A stretch of 60,434 nucleotides of DNA, counting the filler, from Sphacelaria rigidula (taxonomy: Eukaryota): the NCBI GenBank assembly GCA_964200075.2. It is 10 parts of 10 records of this genome, joined end to end, with 100 filler letters (N's around TTAATTAATTAA, not from the genome) between each part and the next. Parts side by side here need not be neighbours in the genome. Positions count along the whole stretch, not along the records: positions 18,163 to 24,116 come from CAXNAA020023251.1; positions 24,217 to 30,169 come from CAXNAA020023252.1; positions 30,270 to 36,222 come from CAXNAA020023253.1; 7 more parts are not named here. One strand, 5' to 3'. Made by a program: the position numbers and the translations under genes. The first letter of the stretch is position 1. The number at the start of each line of letters is the position of its first letter. The notes beneath the pieces were generated by a model. It searched no databases. It worked only from the letters and a program-made list of their open reading frames with translations, and was not told where the DNA came from. Below, one piece after another: positions 23,633 to 35,794 of the stretch.

Positions 23633-24657
23633 AAAAAGTTGCCTGAAAAAGTTGCCCCCTGCCCTAAGTTTGCGAGCTTTTTCGCTGGCTCGTGGCTTGC
23701 TTTTCTTCCGCACAACAGCGTTTAGTAGAGATCAATAGATGTTTTAGCGGACGTTTTGCAGCATAGGAGTAGAGGTAAGAAATGTGCTTCAAGTGGAATG
23801 CCGTTGTTACTTTGGCGCTAGCATACTTTCCTATGGCCGGAAGTTACGTAACTATCTTGCGTAGTGCTGTTCATCTGTGTGCCATGCGTTCCATCACAAG
23901 CTGCCTCCTTCCCAGTGTTTGATTGATGAACTCCTTGTAAGATCTTACCCCCGCCGCCGCCCTATAGTATAAGGGTTAGGTACCAGAGTATTGAAACTAG
24001 CCAGGGTTCGAACCACAGCCTCGTGGAGTTTGGGTAACACCCCCCAAATACCCCACCCCCCCACCCCCCGCACCCAAACAACCCTACCTGACGCACCAAT
24101 GAACCTGCCCGCACTGNNNNNNNNNNNNNNNNNNNNNNNNNNNNNNNNNNNNNNNNNNNNTTAATTAATTAANNNNNNNNNNNNNNNNNNNNNNNNNNNN
24201 NNNNNNNNNNNNNNNNGGGGGGGGGGCGATGATGTGAACGGACTACCCCCTCCCCGTTTTAGCAGGCGGGGCTCCCGAGAGAGCCAGTTGGCGTATCGTA
24301 AGTATCGGCTTACCAGCTCGCGATTCCGATACCGAGAATTGCCGAAAATCGCGATCGATACTCAATATTTCGATACACGATTTTCGACACTGACGGTTAC
24401 AATAGTACAGCACCTACACGGAAAGATAATACAGTACCTATCGGCTGCAAAAGCACAGCATCCACATACTTCGCACACCGTGAACAATAGATTCTGCTGT
24501 AAAAAAAGGTACTGCGTACAGCATGGAATCTATTGTCTGTTGCAATAGGCGCAATAGTCGATACTGTACGCAGTGCATTTTTTGACTGTATTCTTTTGTC
24601 CAGGGTGTGATACTTCGATAGTACAGCACCTACGCCGTGCGATAGTACAGCACCTTA

Positions 24658-24900
24658 ATTGATTGATTGATTGATTGATGGATTGATTGATGGATTGATT
24701 GGCACACTCAAACTAAGCGAGGAGAGATGGATTGATCCCTCGAAACCACGGACTCGTTCCGAGGAAATGGAGGGGTTCGAAGTGCGACAAATAAACAAAA
24801 ATAACAAATGATGGGAAAAAAATAATGACTGATCCCCCAGGTATTAATGATCCAGCCGTGGTCATTATCCACATAGTAGACGTACCCGAGACCAAAAAAA
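24658..24900 (-). mobile_element. 3' end of the RTE LINE with (CAAT)n tail, interrupted by a SINE-1 3' fragment (about 24715-24825, + strand)
   Basis: (gatt)n tail followed by actgatccccagg...atccagccgtggtca...agacgtacccgaga, matching 36574-36665. The insert matches the 3' end of the SINE at 39870-39940. Confidence 0.75.
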
Positions 24901-24955
24901 GAAACTCATCTACACGGTTACAATAGTGCAGCACATACACGGTACACTATTAAAA

Positions 24956-25073
24956 CCCTTTTCGAACCCATTGATGATTTATATTTTTGTGAATCGGCAT
25001 CATTTTGACTTGAAAATGACTGAAAATGATGCCAATCCACAAAAACAAAAATCGTCAATGGGTTCCAAAAGGG
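24956..25073. mobile_element. piggyBac-like palindromic MITE
   Basis: cccttttcgaacccattga...tcaatgggttccaaaaggg. TTAA immediately right, ttaaaa immediately left. Confidence 0.7.
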
Positions 25074-25706
25074 TTAATAAGTACAGTAACTATACGGTAC
25101 GATAGTTAAGCACGTACACGGTACGGGGTGGGGTTACATCTATACCGACTAAACTGTGGCCAGATGGTATAATTGTCCCTTTACGACTTTCACTCGATGC
25201 ACGGAAGAGCCCTTGCAGCGATAATCCATTACCGTATGCCGATATCCCGCGACAAGCAGGTCTGCTGACCTCGACAACCTTTGATCCCGCGAAAATGCAG
25301 CTACACAAATATCATTACAATATACATGACACCCATGAACCCTCTTTTTTTCGGGCGGAGGTTTCAAGGATCGGACGAATGAATGATTGGTCTGGAAATT
25401 ACTTGATTTTAGCGTGATTGCTTCGTACCGTACGAATCAACCCTGAGGCTTTGTTTTCAGCGTTGCAACCCAGGTACAGCACGCGCGGCCCAGGCACGTG
25501 GAACGGCGCAAAAGTTGCGTGGAGACCTTCTTGACCAGCTGACAGCTTTTTTTCTTCTCTTTGTTGAGCAATCGGGCCTGAAAAATCGTGAATTTGGTGA
25601 TCCGAAGCGGCGATGATTTATCCGAACCGTGCAAGATTTACAATCCCCCTTCCTAAGGATGCTTCAACGAAGACATGACAAATACACACACACGCATACA
25701 ATTCAC

Positions 25707-25911
25707 CTCTGCGGGAACCTTCTCGCCCAGGTTAGGCTTTTTGACTTCTGTGACGTTCACCCCGGAAATAGGGGTCGCCATTCTCGCCCAGCCCTGGAAT
25801 CGGGTCGCCCCACCCGCGGCGGGATCTCTCCTCGGATTGGTGCGCCGGATTGCGTCCACCAAATCCCCGCGGATTTCGTAGGCGGATTCCAACCGGAACA
25901 GGTTGAAACTC
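25707..25911 (-). CDS. AQR: RNA helicase Aquarius (intron-binding protein), exon
   Basis: Encodes SFNLFRLESAYEIRGDLVDAIRR...GWARMATPI...EVKKPNLGEKVPAE, a conserved AQR segment. AG/GT boundaries in phase with the upstream exon. Confidence 0.95.
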
Positions 25912-26586
25912 CTGTGAACATCGGTAAAAAAAGTCAAAGGTGGTTGGGGTAGGGTAGGGTACAGAGTTGGGTTCGTGAATGTGAAAGAGGGGGGGGGGGG
26001 GGGAGTACCAGGGGTGAAGGGGGAAAAAGGGGAGGGGGGTTTTGCTAGGGGTTGAATTTCAGGAAAAAAACCGCGTGTTTTCCACCGAGGTTCATTAAAT
26101 TGAATACGCTATCACACCGTACATTCGACACACGTTCAAATACCCCGGCGCGACGGTGAACCAAAGAAGAAACGGAACTCTTTTCATCTTCCATGAAGCG
26201 AAAAAGTGCATTTTAGAAGGAAAAAATTACGGCAAAATATACAGAGTGCGGCATAAAAATGTGAATAATTAGGAATATAACCGGGCAACTTCACACCGTT
26301 TTCAAAACCGAATATTCAGATTCAGAAGACATGAAGGCAACTCGCCATTGGGTAAGTAATCTTTGGAACATATACTGTAAACAGTCCAATATGCAAACTA
26401 ATGTAGATATACATATATATACAGAATTCAGAATACATCGGGGCAACTTCCTACCGCTCTTCATGCTAAATATTCAAATTCAGGATACATCTAGGCAACT
26501 TGATATTGCACAGGCAACAAGATTCAGAACACAAGATAGAACGTAGAGAGGAATGGAAGCTACCCAGTGCAGATTATTGTCCAGTT

Positions 26587-27420
26587 CAGGGTATGTACTC
26601 CGGAAAACTCAGTATCCTGGGGTCACCGTACCGTGGGTGATTCGGAATGATGAATATCTCGGGCACTCTATCACACTCTGGACAAAAGATCGCATTGTCA
26701 AGAAGTGCAATGCATCCAGTATGAAATAAACTGTCTATTGCAATGGACGCAATAGTCGAGACGGTACGCAGAACACTTTTTTTACAATGGAATCCATTGT
26801 CGAGGGTGTGCACCTCTATACCCAGGGTAGCCTATAATGAAGAGTACTTTCGACGGTCGAACCCTGGGTACCCTGAAATACTGAGTATTTCGGGGAATTA
26901 GTACCCTCGCTATCCGCGGCATTCAATACATGTACTCGGTATTTTTCGGTACACCACCGGGTATTTCGGGGGTAGGTATCCGAGGTACCCTGAAATATTG
27001 AGTACTTTCGACGGTACCCTGCGTCTCCGAAGTACTCAGCAATTGTTCGCAGTGCTTCCGATGCCATATCGAGCAGTTCCCGGGGTGAGCACGCGAGGTA
27101 CCTCTTGGTACTTTACACTCTCCCCAATTTGTACTCCGTGTACCGTAGAATAGAGAGTATTTGCCGCCGTCGATACCCTGGGTGCCATGGAATGCTTGGT
27201 ATTTTCGATAGGCGGTAACCTGAACACCTTAGAATACAGAGTATTTTTGGCTGTCGATACCCTGAGTATGCTGAAATACTGAGAATTTTCTATAGGCCGT
27301 ACCCTGAATACCCTAGAATACTGCGTGTTTCCGGTAGTTGATACCCTGGGATACTGAATATGCTAAATACCCGTGTAATCCAGGGTACCCTATTCTACCC
27401 TACTCTATCCTACCATACCC
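26587..27420. repeat. Degenerate tandem array (gtaccctgaaatactgagtattt-like units) within the AQR intron
   Basis: Many variants of the taccctg..atact.agtattt motif; ends in (taccc)-like repeats. Confidence 0.75.
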
Positions 27421-28109
27421 TTATCATCCTTGAAAAGGGTGTACACAAGCGGCAGCAATGTGAGTATCATGACAAATTTCACAGGAAAATAATGACTACA
27501 GCCAGTTCGAAAGCCCACGATTTATCAACATTTTCAATATTGGCGACACCAGCGTTGTTGTGTGTACGCATGTGGATCTACTCCTGGCTTTGGATCCGTT
27601 CGCCGCCACAGCGTCTATTCGCAACAGGGTAACTGGTTGGCCTTCAGCCAGGCTAACCCCGCCGCCACAGCTGAACAGATGATCTCTGCTTGTTTGTCAA
27701 TGGCAAGCACCGCTTTTCCTGATTTGGTCAAACTTTCAACTCTCGCCTGCCTCCTCCTCGGGAAGAATCCGGCGTCCCAAGTAATTAACCCATTCCTGCC
27801 CCGGAACACGCCTTCTATTTTGGTATCGCGGGTTGGATGATGACCGTCTGCACTCCCGTGCGGCATCGACTCTCACAAACGAAACTTCTCTGTTGCCACT
27901 GACATCTTGACGTTTTCGACAAAGAAATCAGTCTATTTTCAGAAGACACGTGCGCGCGCCGGCAAAACTCTCAATTATTCGCTCTATTGTCGTCCGCATG
28001 CCAACTGGGCGAACTTGTAACTGGGTACTTCTTCGGTTTTCTCGCTTAGTAATCTTCCTTAGCCCTCGGAAATGCTGGAGTCGAAATAGATATTGTTGTG
28101 AAAATGAAT

Positions 28110-28480
28110 AGATTGTGCTCAACGCATAATCTCATAGTTGGTGTTGTCGGGGTGATACGGAGTAGAGACCTCGTTCATCAGGAGGGTGTTATTGGCCGTC
28201 ATTGGACACGAAAACACAGGCTTTTTGCTCTAGCCCAAATCAAGTACAGTTTGAAAACAATACGTTATTCTTATTTGTACGCGAGAACGATCGGAATCGG
28301 AAAATTCAGAACCTGGGGCTGTACAGTCCGAGGACCCCCAATAACCGGTCACCCCGTAAGTCGTTCAAGATTGATTACAGAAATGATTTTTATTTTCGAA
28401 ATGTGAAGCGGATGCTTGTATCTCCCGATCCTCGAACTTTGGGATCAAACGTGTACTGTGATGAGCGGCGACACGCGAAA
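28110..28480. repeat. Interspersed repeat; inverted homologue at about 32390-32770 and a partial duplicate at 33010-33140
   Basis: agttggtgttgt...cctcgttcatcaggagggtgttattggccg and cctggggctgtacagtc...ccccgtaagtc match reverse complements on the next contig. Confidence 0.65.
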
Positions 28481-28721
28481 AATCGTCAAAAACACTTCCA
28501 ATTATGAAATTCGCCAAGTTTGGATGCGGACTACTGCAGCCGGTTTCAGTTGTACCAGACGGGAGACAGCGACATAATGTGTTCCGCCATCCTTGATCCC
28601 TACATCTCGCGTATCGTTGGACTCACAGCAGTCATTGTTCAAACGTTCCAATGACCACTTTTCGGTGGAACGCTTCACGTAGTACGGCTACAGGCACACA
28701 TCCCTTTTTATTTTCATCTCC

Positions 28722-29214
28722 ATTTGCATTTGTCGCACTTTGAACCCCTCCCCTCCCTCGGGACGAGTCCGTGGTCTCCAGGGATCAACCCATATCTCCC
28801 CCGGTACACGCCTTGCATTTTGGTCTCGCGGATCGGATCAGCACTCCCGCGCCGCGTCAACTCACGTCAGACACACTCAGTCAAACCACTTTGTTTACTC
28901 ACGTTCTCACGCTTCCCACAATGGAAATCAGATGCTACGAGGAAAAAACCCAACGCATCGGGAATCGAACACTCGTTTTCCCCACCTTACTAATGGATTC
29001 CTTTCTGTGCTTTGCTTGTGTTGACTTTTTTTATTATTTGTCACGACTTAGTCTGCTACGTCGTTCTGTTCGACTTTTTCAGTTTCGTTTTTCTTGGGTA
29101 CGTCTATCATGAGACCACGGGTGGACCCCTGGGGGGTCAGTTAAAGTGCGACAATCAATCAATCAATCAATCAATCAAATGGCGACAGTCGGACCATTAC
29201 ACCACCGGGGCGCC
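28722..29214 (-). mobile_element. tRNA-derived SINE family 1, interrupted by an RTE-tail insertion (28997-29177, + strand, TSD aatgg)
   Basis: The SINE sequence resumes after the insert. aatgg at 28992-28996 and 29178-29182. The insert ends gtcagttaaagtgcgacaatcaatcaatc. Confidence 0.85.
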
Positions 29215-29288
29215 AGCATAGTCTACCGCAAACGCTCCAGGGCCGAAACCTCTACTCTCACACGCAAATCGCGCTGCCGCCGACGCAC

Positions 29289-29431
29289 CTGAGCAGGTAG
29301 TCGTGAGGCGTGAGAAACTGCAGGTTGAGCTTGGGCAGCGCCATGACCTTGCCTCCGTAGTACTGCCCGAGCGGTACCAGGTTCTCATCCCACAGTAGCG
29401 TTTCGTTCGGGTACAACGGGAGCTCGTTCAC
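29289..29431 (-). CDS. AQR: RNA helicase Aquarius, exon
   Basis: Encodes [20 protein letters not shown]...[18 protein letters not shown] (AQR signature [17 protein letters not shown]). Canonical splice sites. Confidence 0.95.
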
Positions 29432-30035
29432 CTGAATAGGGTACAACAGCAGCACACCTTATGATGGATTTGCTTCGAGCACCCCCAAGACAAATGAAAA
29501 ATGTCTGAGGCAGAGAATTCGAACGCGAGGCGAGCCGGTACACTTCGCGAAGCTTGGCTACGTATATACAGAGACGGAGGAGGCCCGCATGTGCCGTGCA
29601 GTGTAATAGCTTTGGCTATCGCTCCCTACCTGAATCGGATCGAGGTGCGGCCAGCACACAGTAGACATGGATTCAGACTTTGTTATGAAAAGGGGGAGGG
29701 GAGGGGACGAAAAGGGTAAAACCAGCAGAAATTGAGAATATGTTAAATAAAATACACAGATAAAATTCTTGACGTCTTCGCCCCCTACCCAGAAAAAAAA
29801 AAAATGTGGTGGAAAACGATGGATTGACAGAGGACTTGTGCGAATGTGCGACCTGCACCAGCTGCGGGAGAAAAAACGCCGAGAGCTGGCAAACGATATC
29901 TCTTCCAGAATCACCGCAGCACTCCAATCAACTTGCCATGTACACCACGTTATTTCCAACATACTTTTTTATTGCAGCCGTGCACTAAAAGCAAAAAGAA
30001 CATAGATGCGCTACAAACACTTCCCGCCGCCCGGT

Positions 30036-30169
30036 GCCGCCCGGTGGTGTAATAGCCCGACTGTCGCCGTTAGGGTGGAGAGAACGAGGGTTCGATTCCC
30101 GATGCGTTGGGTTTTTCCTTCGAAGTATCTGATTTCCACCGTGGAAAGCGTGAGAACGTGAGTGAACAA
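30036..30169 (+). mobile_element. tRNA-derived SINE family 1, 5' part cut by the contig end
   Basis: ccggtggtgtaatag...gggttcgattcccgatgcgttggg head, collinear with the copy at 39647. Confidence 0.85.
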
Positions 30170-30461
30170 NNNNNNNNNNNNNNNNNNNNNNNNNNNNNNN
30201 NNNNNNNNNNNNNTTAATTAATTAANNNNNNNNNNNNNNNNNNNNNNNNNNNNNNNNNNNNNNNNNNNNATGGCATGAATGATCATGGTTACACCCCCCC
30301 CCCCCCCCCCCTCCCCCTCCCCCCCCCCGTCTCAGAAAAAAAAAAAAAACTATCACAATCAATCGAAGAGGCACAAAAATATTTAGGGCAATAAAGCCAC
30401 AAACATCGACATCGATGACGCATGCAGCAGCAAAACTCTGACTCCCCCCCCCCAAGTGAAA

Positions 30462-30729
30462 GGAAGTTGCGATACCAGAAAATGAAGCAACTCATTGAAG
30501 GCTGCCATCCAAATGCAAGATGAACAGTACGCTTCCGGCCGAACAACCTCAGCAGAATGCAGGTCAATCCTCATGCGACCCGCCGAACGCATTACGGCGC
30601 TTCGCGCCCGGTAATTGATTGCGAGACTGGTCCTGCGAGAACCCGGCGTGCTCCGCCCCGGCTTTGTAGGGATGCGAGGTCAATGATCATATGACTGTAT
30701 GACATGCAAGATCATGAGCACATCCCTCC
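30462..30729 (+). mobile_element. Poly(C)-associated retroelement, subfamily 1, 5'-truncated copy with intact tail
   Basis: Preceded by a C-run; ends ...ggctttgtagggatgcgaggtcaatg...catgagcacatccctcc. Confidence 0.85.
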
Positions 30730-30833
30730 AGAAAAACGAAACAGTCATGAGCAATGGAAGAGGCACAACAAACTTGACGGTAGTAAAGCCACAACATCGA
30801 CACCCACGGCGCATGCAGCAGCAAAACTCTCAC

Positions 30834-30967
30834 CCCTCCCACAGTGACTGCTTCTTGTTGTCCACCTGTCGGAGTAGTCGCAGGAGCAGCGCTCGCCGCG
30901 CCGGCGGATCAGGCAAGGGTACGTATACCCGCCTCGACAACCGCCGAAGAGCAGCTTCATCCAGTTC
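30834..30967 (-). CDS. AAA+ ATPase of the spastin/fidgetin/katanin group, exon
   Basis: Encodes ELDEAALRRLSRRVYVPLPDPPARRALLLRLL, the second region of homology with Arg fingers. Acceptor cgcag. Donor gtgaga at 30833; an alternative donor exists at 30865. Confidence 0.9.
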
Positions 30968-32016
30968 CTGCGACACCAAGGCCAAAAAAATAAGAAGGCA
31001 GGAGTATACCGGGTATATTTGAGGGTACATGACGATCCCCAGGAGATGAGATTACTTGACATCCGCAATAACGCCCAAAGGTGTTAGTAGGGGGAGGGTG
31101 ATATACCAAGTACAGTGGGGGGTTCCAGCATAGTGCGGTGGATCACCAGCCCGAATGACCGCACTATGCTGGGACATTGCACCGTACTGAGACCCCTTAT
31201 CACACTGGCATATTGCAGTTTACCTGATAGTAATAAAGCGGATCGGTCGCGTGACAGCACTCTGGCGGCACCCCCGCTATACCCCCATTACAGTAGTACA
31301 CACTGTGGACGTCAACGTCGGTGAAAAAAAAGTAGCCGAGAAGTCATCATCCGGAGTGTGTGTATTTAGAGGGTGATATCCTCCGTGCATGCGATATACA
31401 TCGTGTGCGGTAGGAGGGGCAAGGAGCTGTGCACGCGTAATTGGTGCCCTCGCCCTGATGCCGCTTGCTCTGTACTTGACCTCGTAGAGAAAGGGGAAAA
31501 ATTATCCGATCCCTCCATACTTTCTTGTCGCACACGCACACTTGTTCATCCCCACTCCCCTTCAAACTTTCAACCCCTCCCCTTCTCCGTGACGAGCCCA
31601 TAGTTTCAAGGGATCAACTCATCTTCACCTCAGATAAATGCCTTGCATTTTGGAATCGCGGACGGCGTCGACTTTCGTCTATTTTTCCTCACTACTCAGG
31701 CCACTCACTTCATTAGGAACTTCAAGTAAAATCCGATCAATAGCTTCCCTCAGGAGCAGTGGCTTCATGTTCCCGCGTTTTAGCGACGGAAATCAGATAT
31801 TCCTGGGGGGAAAACATGCCGGCCGGGATATTCCTCCTCAACCCCGCCGGTGCTTTCATAGATACGAGTTTAATTTCAAAGTACGAACACTAATTTCAAG
31901 AACATTAATTTAAAATTTTGACCAATCCCGCTACGTTCCATGGTGCATTACATCATGCAGACTTGATTCTAGCATGCGCTCCGGTGGGACGGCAAAATTT
32001 GAGAGAAAAAAAAAGA

Positions 32017-32088
32017 CGAAGCTGCCGGGAATTGAACCCGGATCTCAACCGTGACAGGGTCGAATTCTAACCATTATACCACAGCTCC
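32017..32088 (-). tRNA. tRNA-Asp(GTC)
   Basis: 72-nt cloverleaf GGAGCTG..CGACC-CTGTCAC-GGTTG-AGAT-CCGGG-TTCAATT-CCCGG-CAGCTTC-G; G discriminator; oligo-T terminator downstream. Confidence 0.93.
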
Positions 32089-32220
32089 CGTACCTGTTTA
32101 ACACGATCGTTCAGAAAACTGCAAAAAGTGGCTTTGTGCTAGGGGAGAACAAGCTCGGGGGATGGCTTGATTCTAGTATGCGCTCCGGTGGGACGGCACG
32201 ATTTGAGAGAAAAAAAAAGA

Positions 32221-32292
32221 CGAAGCTGCCGGGAATTGAACCCGGATCTCAACCGTGACAGGGTCGAATTCTAACCATTATACCACAGCTCC
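32221..32292 (-). tRNA. tRNA-Asp(GTC), identical copy
   Basis: Identical 72 nt; T-run terminator. Confidence 0.93.
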
Positions 32293-33335
32293 CTTGCCTA
32301 TTCATCACGCTACACTAGTCCGCGTCAGAAGTATGCGGAAATCATGATTTCTTAGTTTCTCAAATACTTTCCAAATTCGTTTCGCTTGCAACCGCTCATC
32401 ATAGTGACTGTTGGATGCCAAAAAGGGGGCATCTGGAGATGTTTTAATCCTCTTGAAAAATATTGAGAGAGAAAAAATCTGGGATCAATATTGAGTGACT
32501 TACGGGCTTGACCGATCTTCGGTGGTCCTACGACAGTGCAACCCCAGGCTCTAGCTTTTCGGTATTTTCGGTGGACCGACTCGATCCCGATCATATAAGT
32601 GAAGACTCAAAAAGGATTATTCTTGAGAAATTCTATCTATTCACTGCGCTGAAGCCAGAAAACCATGTTCCTTGGATCATTTACGGTCAATAAAACCCTC
32701 CTCATAAACGGAGTCTTTACGCCGTATCGCCCTCACAACACCAACTTGGGCATTGTGATTTGAGCACGGTATGCTTATTTTGCCAAAACTACCGACGCTA
32801 GCACTTTCGAGTGCTCGTGGAAAATCTTTTGCAAAAAAAAAAACGAAAAAAGGTTATCCGCAGAAAATGCTAGACTGAGGTCTGTGCAGTATAGGAGGGA
32901 AACATGATCTCGATCGTTATTGTGCATAATGTTTCACGTATTCATTCATCTCAATACTTATCGTTTCGTTGCGGAAGAGCCGGAACACTGTTTTTATTGG
33001 ACCAAAAACGGCCAATAGCACCCTCCTGATAAACGAGGTATCTAGTCTGTTTCGCCCCAAAAACACCAACTTGGGCACTGCAGTTTGAGCGCGGCCGACG
33101 CTTTCTCCCTAAATCTACCGGCGCTAGCACTTCCGAGTAGTAATGAAGAATAGTACTTGATAAAAAGTCAAAAACTATGACAACTACGAATTCTGAAAAG
33201 TTCTGATGCTGACAACTTTAGTTCGGGAAACTAAAAAAAGTGTTTTTGTGCTAGGGGAGAACGAGCTCGGGGGATGGCCCACCTCGTACTAGTACTAGTT
33301 TATGATGTGGGACGACAAAATTTGGGAGAAAAAAA

Positions 33336-33407
33336 CGAAGCTGCCGGGAATTGAACCCGGATCTCAACCGTGACAGGGTCGAATTCTAACCATTATACCA
33401 CAGCTCC
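33336..33407 (-). tRNA. tRNA-Asp(GTC), identical copy
   Basis: Identical 72 nt; T-run terminator. Confidence 0.93.
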
Positions 33408-33678
33408 CTTCCTTAAGGTGGCCCTGCGGCGGAATACTTCTAAATGATATGCAGGTGTAAATAATGAGGGAATCAGGGACATTTGCTTTAACCGCATGGA
33501 ATGGCACATCTCAGTCCAGCCCCCCCCCCGCCTACTTCCCCCCTCCCCTTTGGTACTGCGGAAGAATTCCAGACGCTGGCAAAAAAAAAAATGGAGCGGT
33601 ATGAAGGCCTTCGCAAGCTGCTGCGTTTTTGTAGCCGCACGAGAGATATACAGCAACACGGACAACGGGTCAGGTAAA

Positions 33679-34073
33679 CTACTGTAGTTTTTCCTTCAGA
33701 ACATCCCGCAACTTCGAGTACGGGGTGCCGAGCATTATCCAGGTAAACCCAAGAACCAGCCGCCTCGCTCGTATTTTCCAATCACCACAGAGTCTTTTTA
33801 CGACCGCCCCCCCAAGAACCAGCCCAAAACTGCCACGAAGAAAATGGTCATGCAGCGCCTGATGTCTGGCTCCAGGTTGCATGAAGCGCCTCATATAGGC
33901 GACATTGGAAAAAACGAATCCATGCGTGGGAACTCCCAGCTGCTCGTTGTGCTCGGCAATTGTCCATTTTGATTCACGCGTAGTTTTGCCTCCCCAAACC
34001 AGCCACTTTCGGAGGGCAGGCTATCGTAGAAAGTGTCTACATCAGTTCGACCTTTCTGAGACGCAGTCAACAA
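33679..34073 (-). pseudogene. Decayed coding fragment present in at least two copies (homologue at 1-95), possibly CACTA/Plavaka-type transposase
   Basis: Open stretch WTIAEHNEQLGVPTHGFVFSNVAYMRRFMQPGARHQALHDHFLRGSFGLV with an upstream frameshift. 33943-34037 aligns with 1-95. Family assignment is weak. Confidence 0.3.
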
Positions 34074-35139
34074 CTCATACTAAATAGCCTCTGGAAAACA
34101 GTGTGGTGTACATCCTTTCTCCGAGTTCGAGCACGAAGTTTCAACACGGCTAGATTCGTCGGGTATCAGTTGGAGTGCAATAATCAATACATCAACCAGT
34201 CAATCCGGCGAGACATTGACTTGAACCTCTCGTTCATTTCGCTATTCTATCTAACCCCTGTCCAAAAGAGGAAGGAAGCGCGCGCGGGGAGGGGGGGTGC
34301 ATGCAATGCAAAGTGATCGAAGCCCTCTAGGGCAGAGATGATGGACACATTCAAAAGTGCCTGGTTGGCACATCAGCTGATCGCCGAAGGACCAAGCCAT
34401 GGGTCACAAGATGGACACATCAAAAGTAAAGAAAAAAAAAAACGCTTGCTAATGAAAAAGAAAAAGAGGGGAAAACAAGAATATAATATACCCTGGACAA
34501 TGGATCACGTTGTCAAAACGTGTACTGCGTCCAGTATCGACTACTGTGTCTATTGCAATAGACGATGAATTTCATACTGTACGCAGTACATCGTTCGACC
34601 GTGTAATGTGTTGTCCAGGGTGTGAAGAATATAGAACAGACAAGGGAAGTGAACCGATGAACCGAAATCAACAACAACAAAAACAAAAACTTGAAAGATA
34701 CAATGGCAACCACCACCAGACAATCCTCATTCAAACATTCAGCCAAAACTCTTTCGCCCAAGATTTCCTCGTCACAATTTTCCGGAATCCTTTCACACCA
34801 CCCGTAAAGGCGGTCAAAAATCACTCACGACGCTTTGGACTCTACCCGCTCGAGCGCATGTCTAGGAGTCGAGTAGATTTATGGAACCAGCATCAAAGAA
34901 TCTAGGCCACACCACCACGCAGACCCGTAACGACGGTCTGTCGCCGCGTCCCAGCGGTCTATTCAGTCGAATCCAACACTACAGGACGAATGCATCTTGC
35001 GCGTCCAAATCCATCCCGACATAACACGTCTTTATTTCCTTGGATTACGTCTCCCGAAAACATGACAGCGTACGCTGGCGAGAAATAATGGAATTCGAGT
35101 GAAGTCAACGGCCTGCGGAATATTTAATCCAATGGAGTG

Positions 35140-35405
35140 CAGGGATCAACCCCATGTCTCCCCCGCTACAGTACACGCCCTACATTTTGATGTCGCGGAT
35201 TAGATGATGACCACTCCCGCACCGCATCGACTTTCGTCACGAAAATATTCTTCACTACAAGCTCACGTTTTCACTTATTCCAAGGACTGAAGTCAGACAC
35301 TTCTAAGAAAAAAAATACAGGGAAAAAAATCATTATGGTGGGACTCGAACCCTCTATCCTCTGCCCCACAGTTTTTGGTTTCAACTGTACCAATTAGTCA
35401 ACCGC
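35140..35405 (-). mobile_element. Diverged tRNA-SINE related to family 1, with a different head
   Basis: Body matches agggatcaaccc...tctcccc...cactcccgc.ccgc. The minus-strand head has ttgactaattgg and gggttcgagtccc boxes. Confidence 0.6.
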
Positions 35406-35414
35406 AGCGCAGCA

Positions 35415-35794
35415 CACACGCGGCCATTCGGCTACCCCCAAAGATACTCTGTTCCGGTCAACTTTTCGAGCCTCCAGAGGAATTAAACGCCTCCAGAGGG
35501 TGCGCGGCCCTCCAGAGGGGTGGGATCAAACACCTCCAGAGGCTTGTTTTGCCTCTGGAGGGTCGCGCACCCTCTGGAGGGATTTGGAGGATGCGCAGCT
35601 CTCCAGATTATCGTCTTTTTTGTTGCTCTCGAGGGATTGAGACCTCAGAAGTCACTGGAGCATCAGATGCGGTCCAGAGGATTCGTTCATGATCGCACCT
35701 AGGGATGAAATACCGTCTAGAGGGTATTTTACGCTCGAGAGAATGAAAATCGCGATAGAGGATTTTTATGGGGGAAGCCGCATGGCCGCGTGTG
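35415..35794. mobile_element. Second copy of the CACACGCGGCCAT-TIR element, TSD CA
   Basis: cacacgcggccattcggct...agccgcatggccgcgtgtg; CA on both flanks; cctccagagg repeats. Confidence 0.8.
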
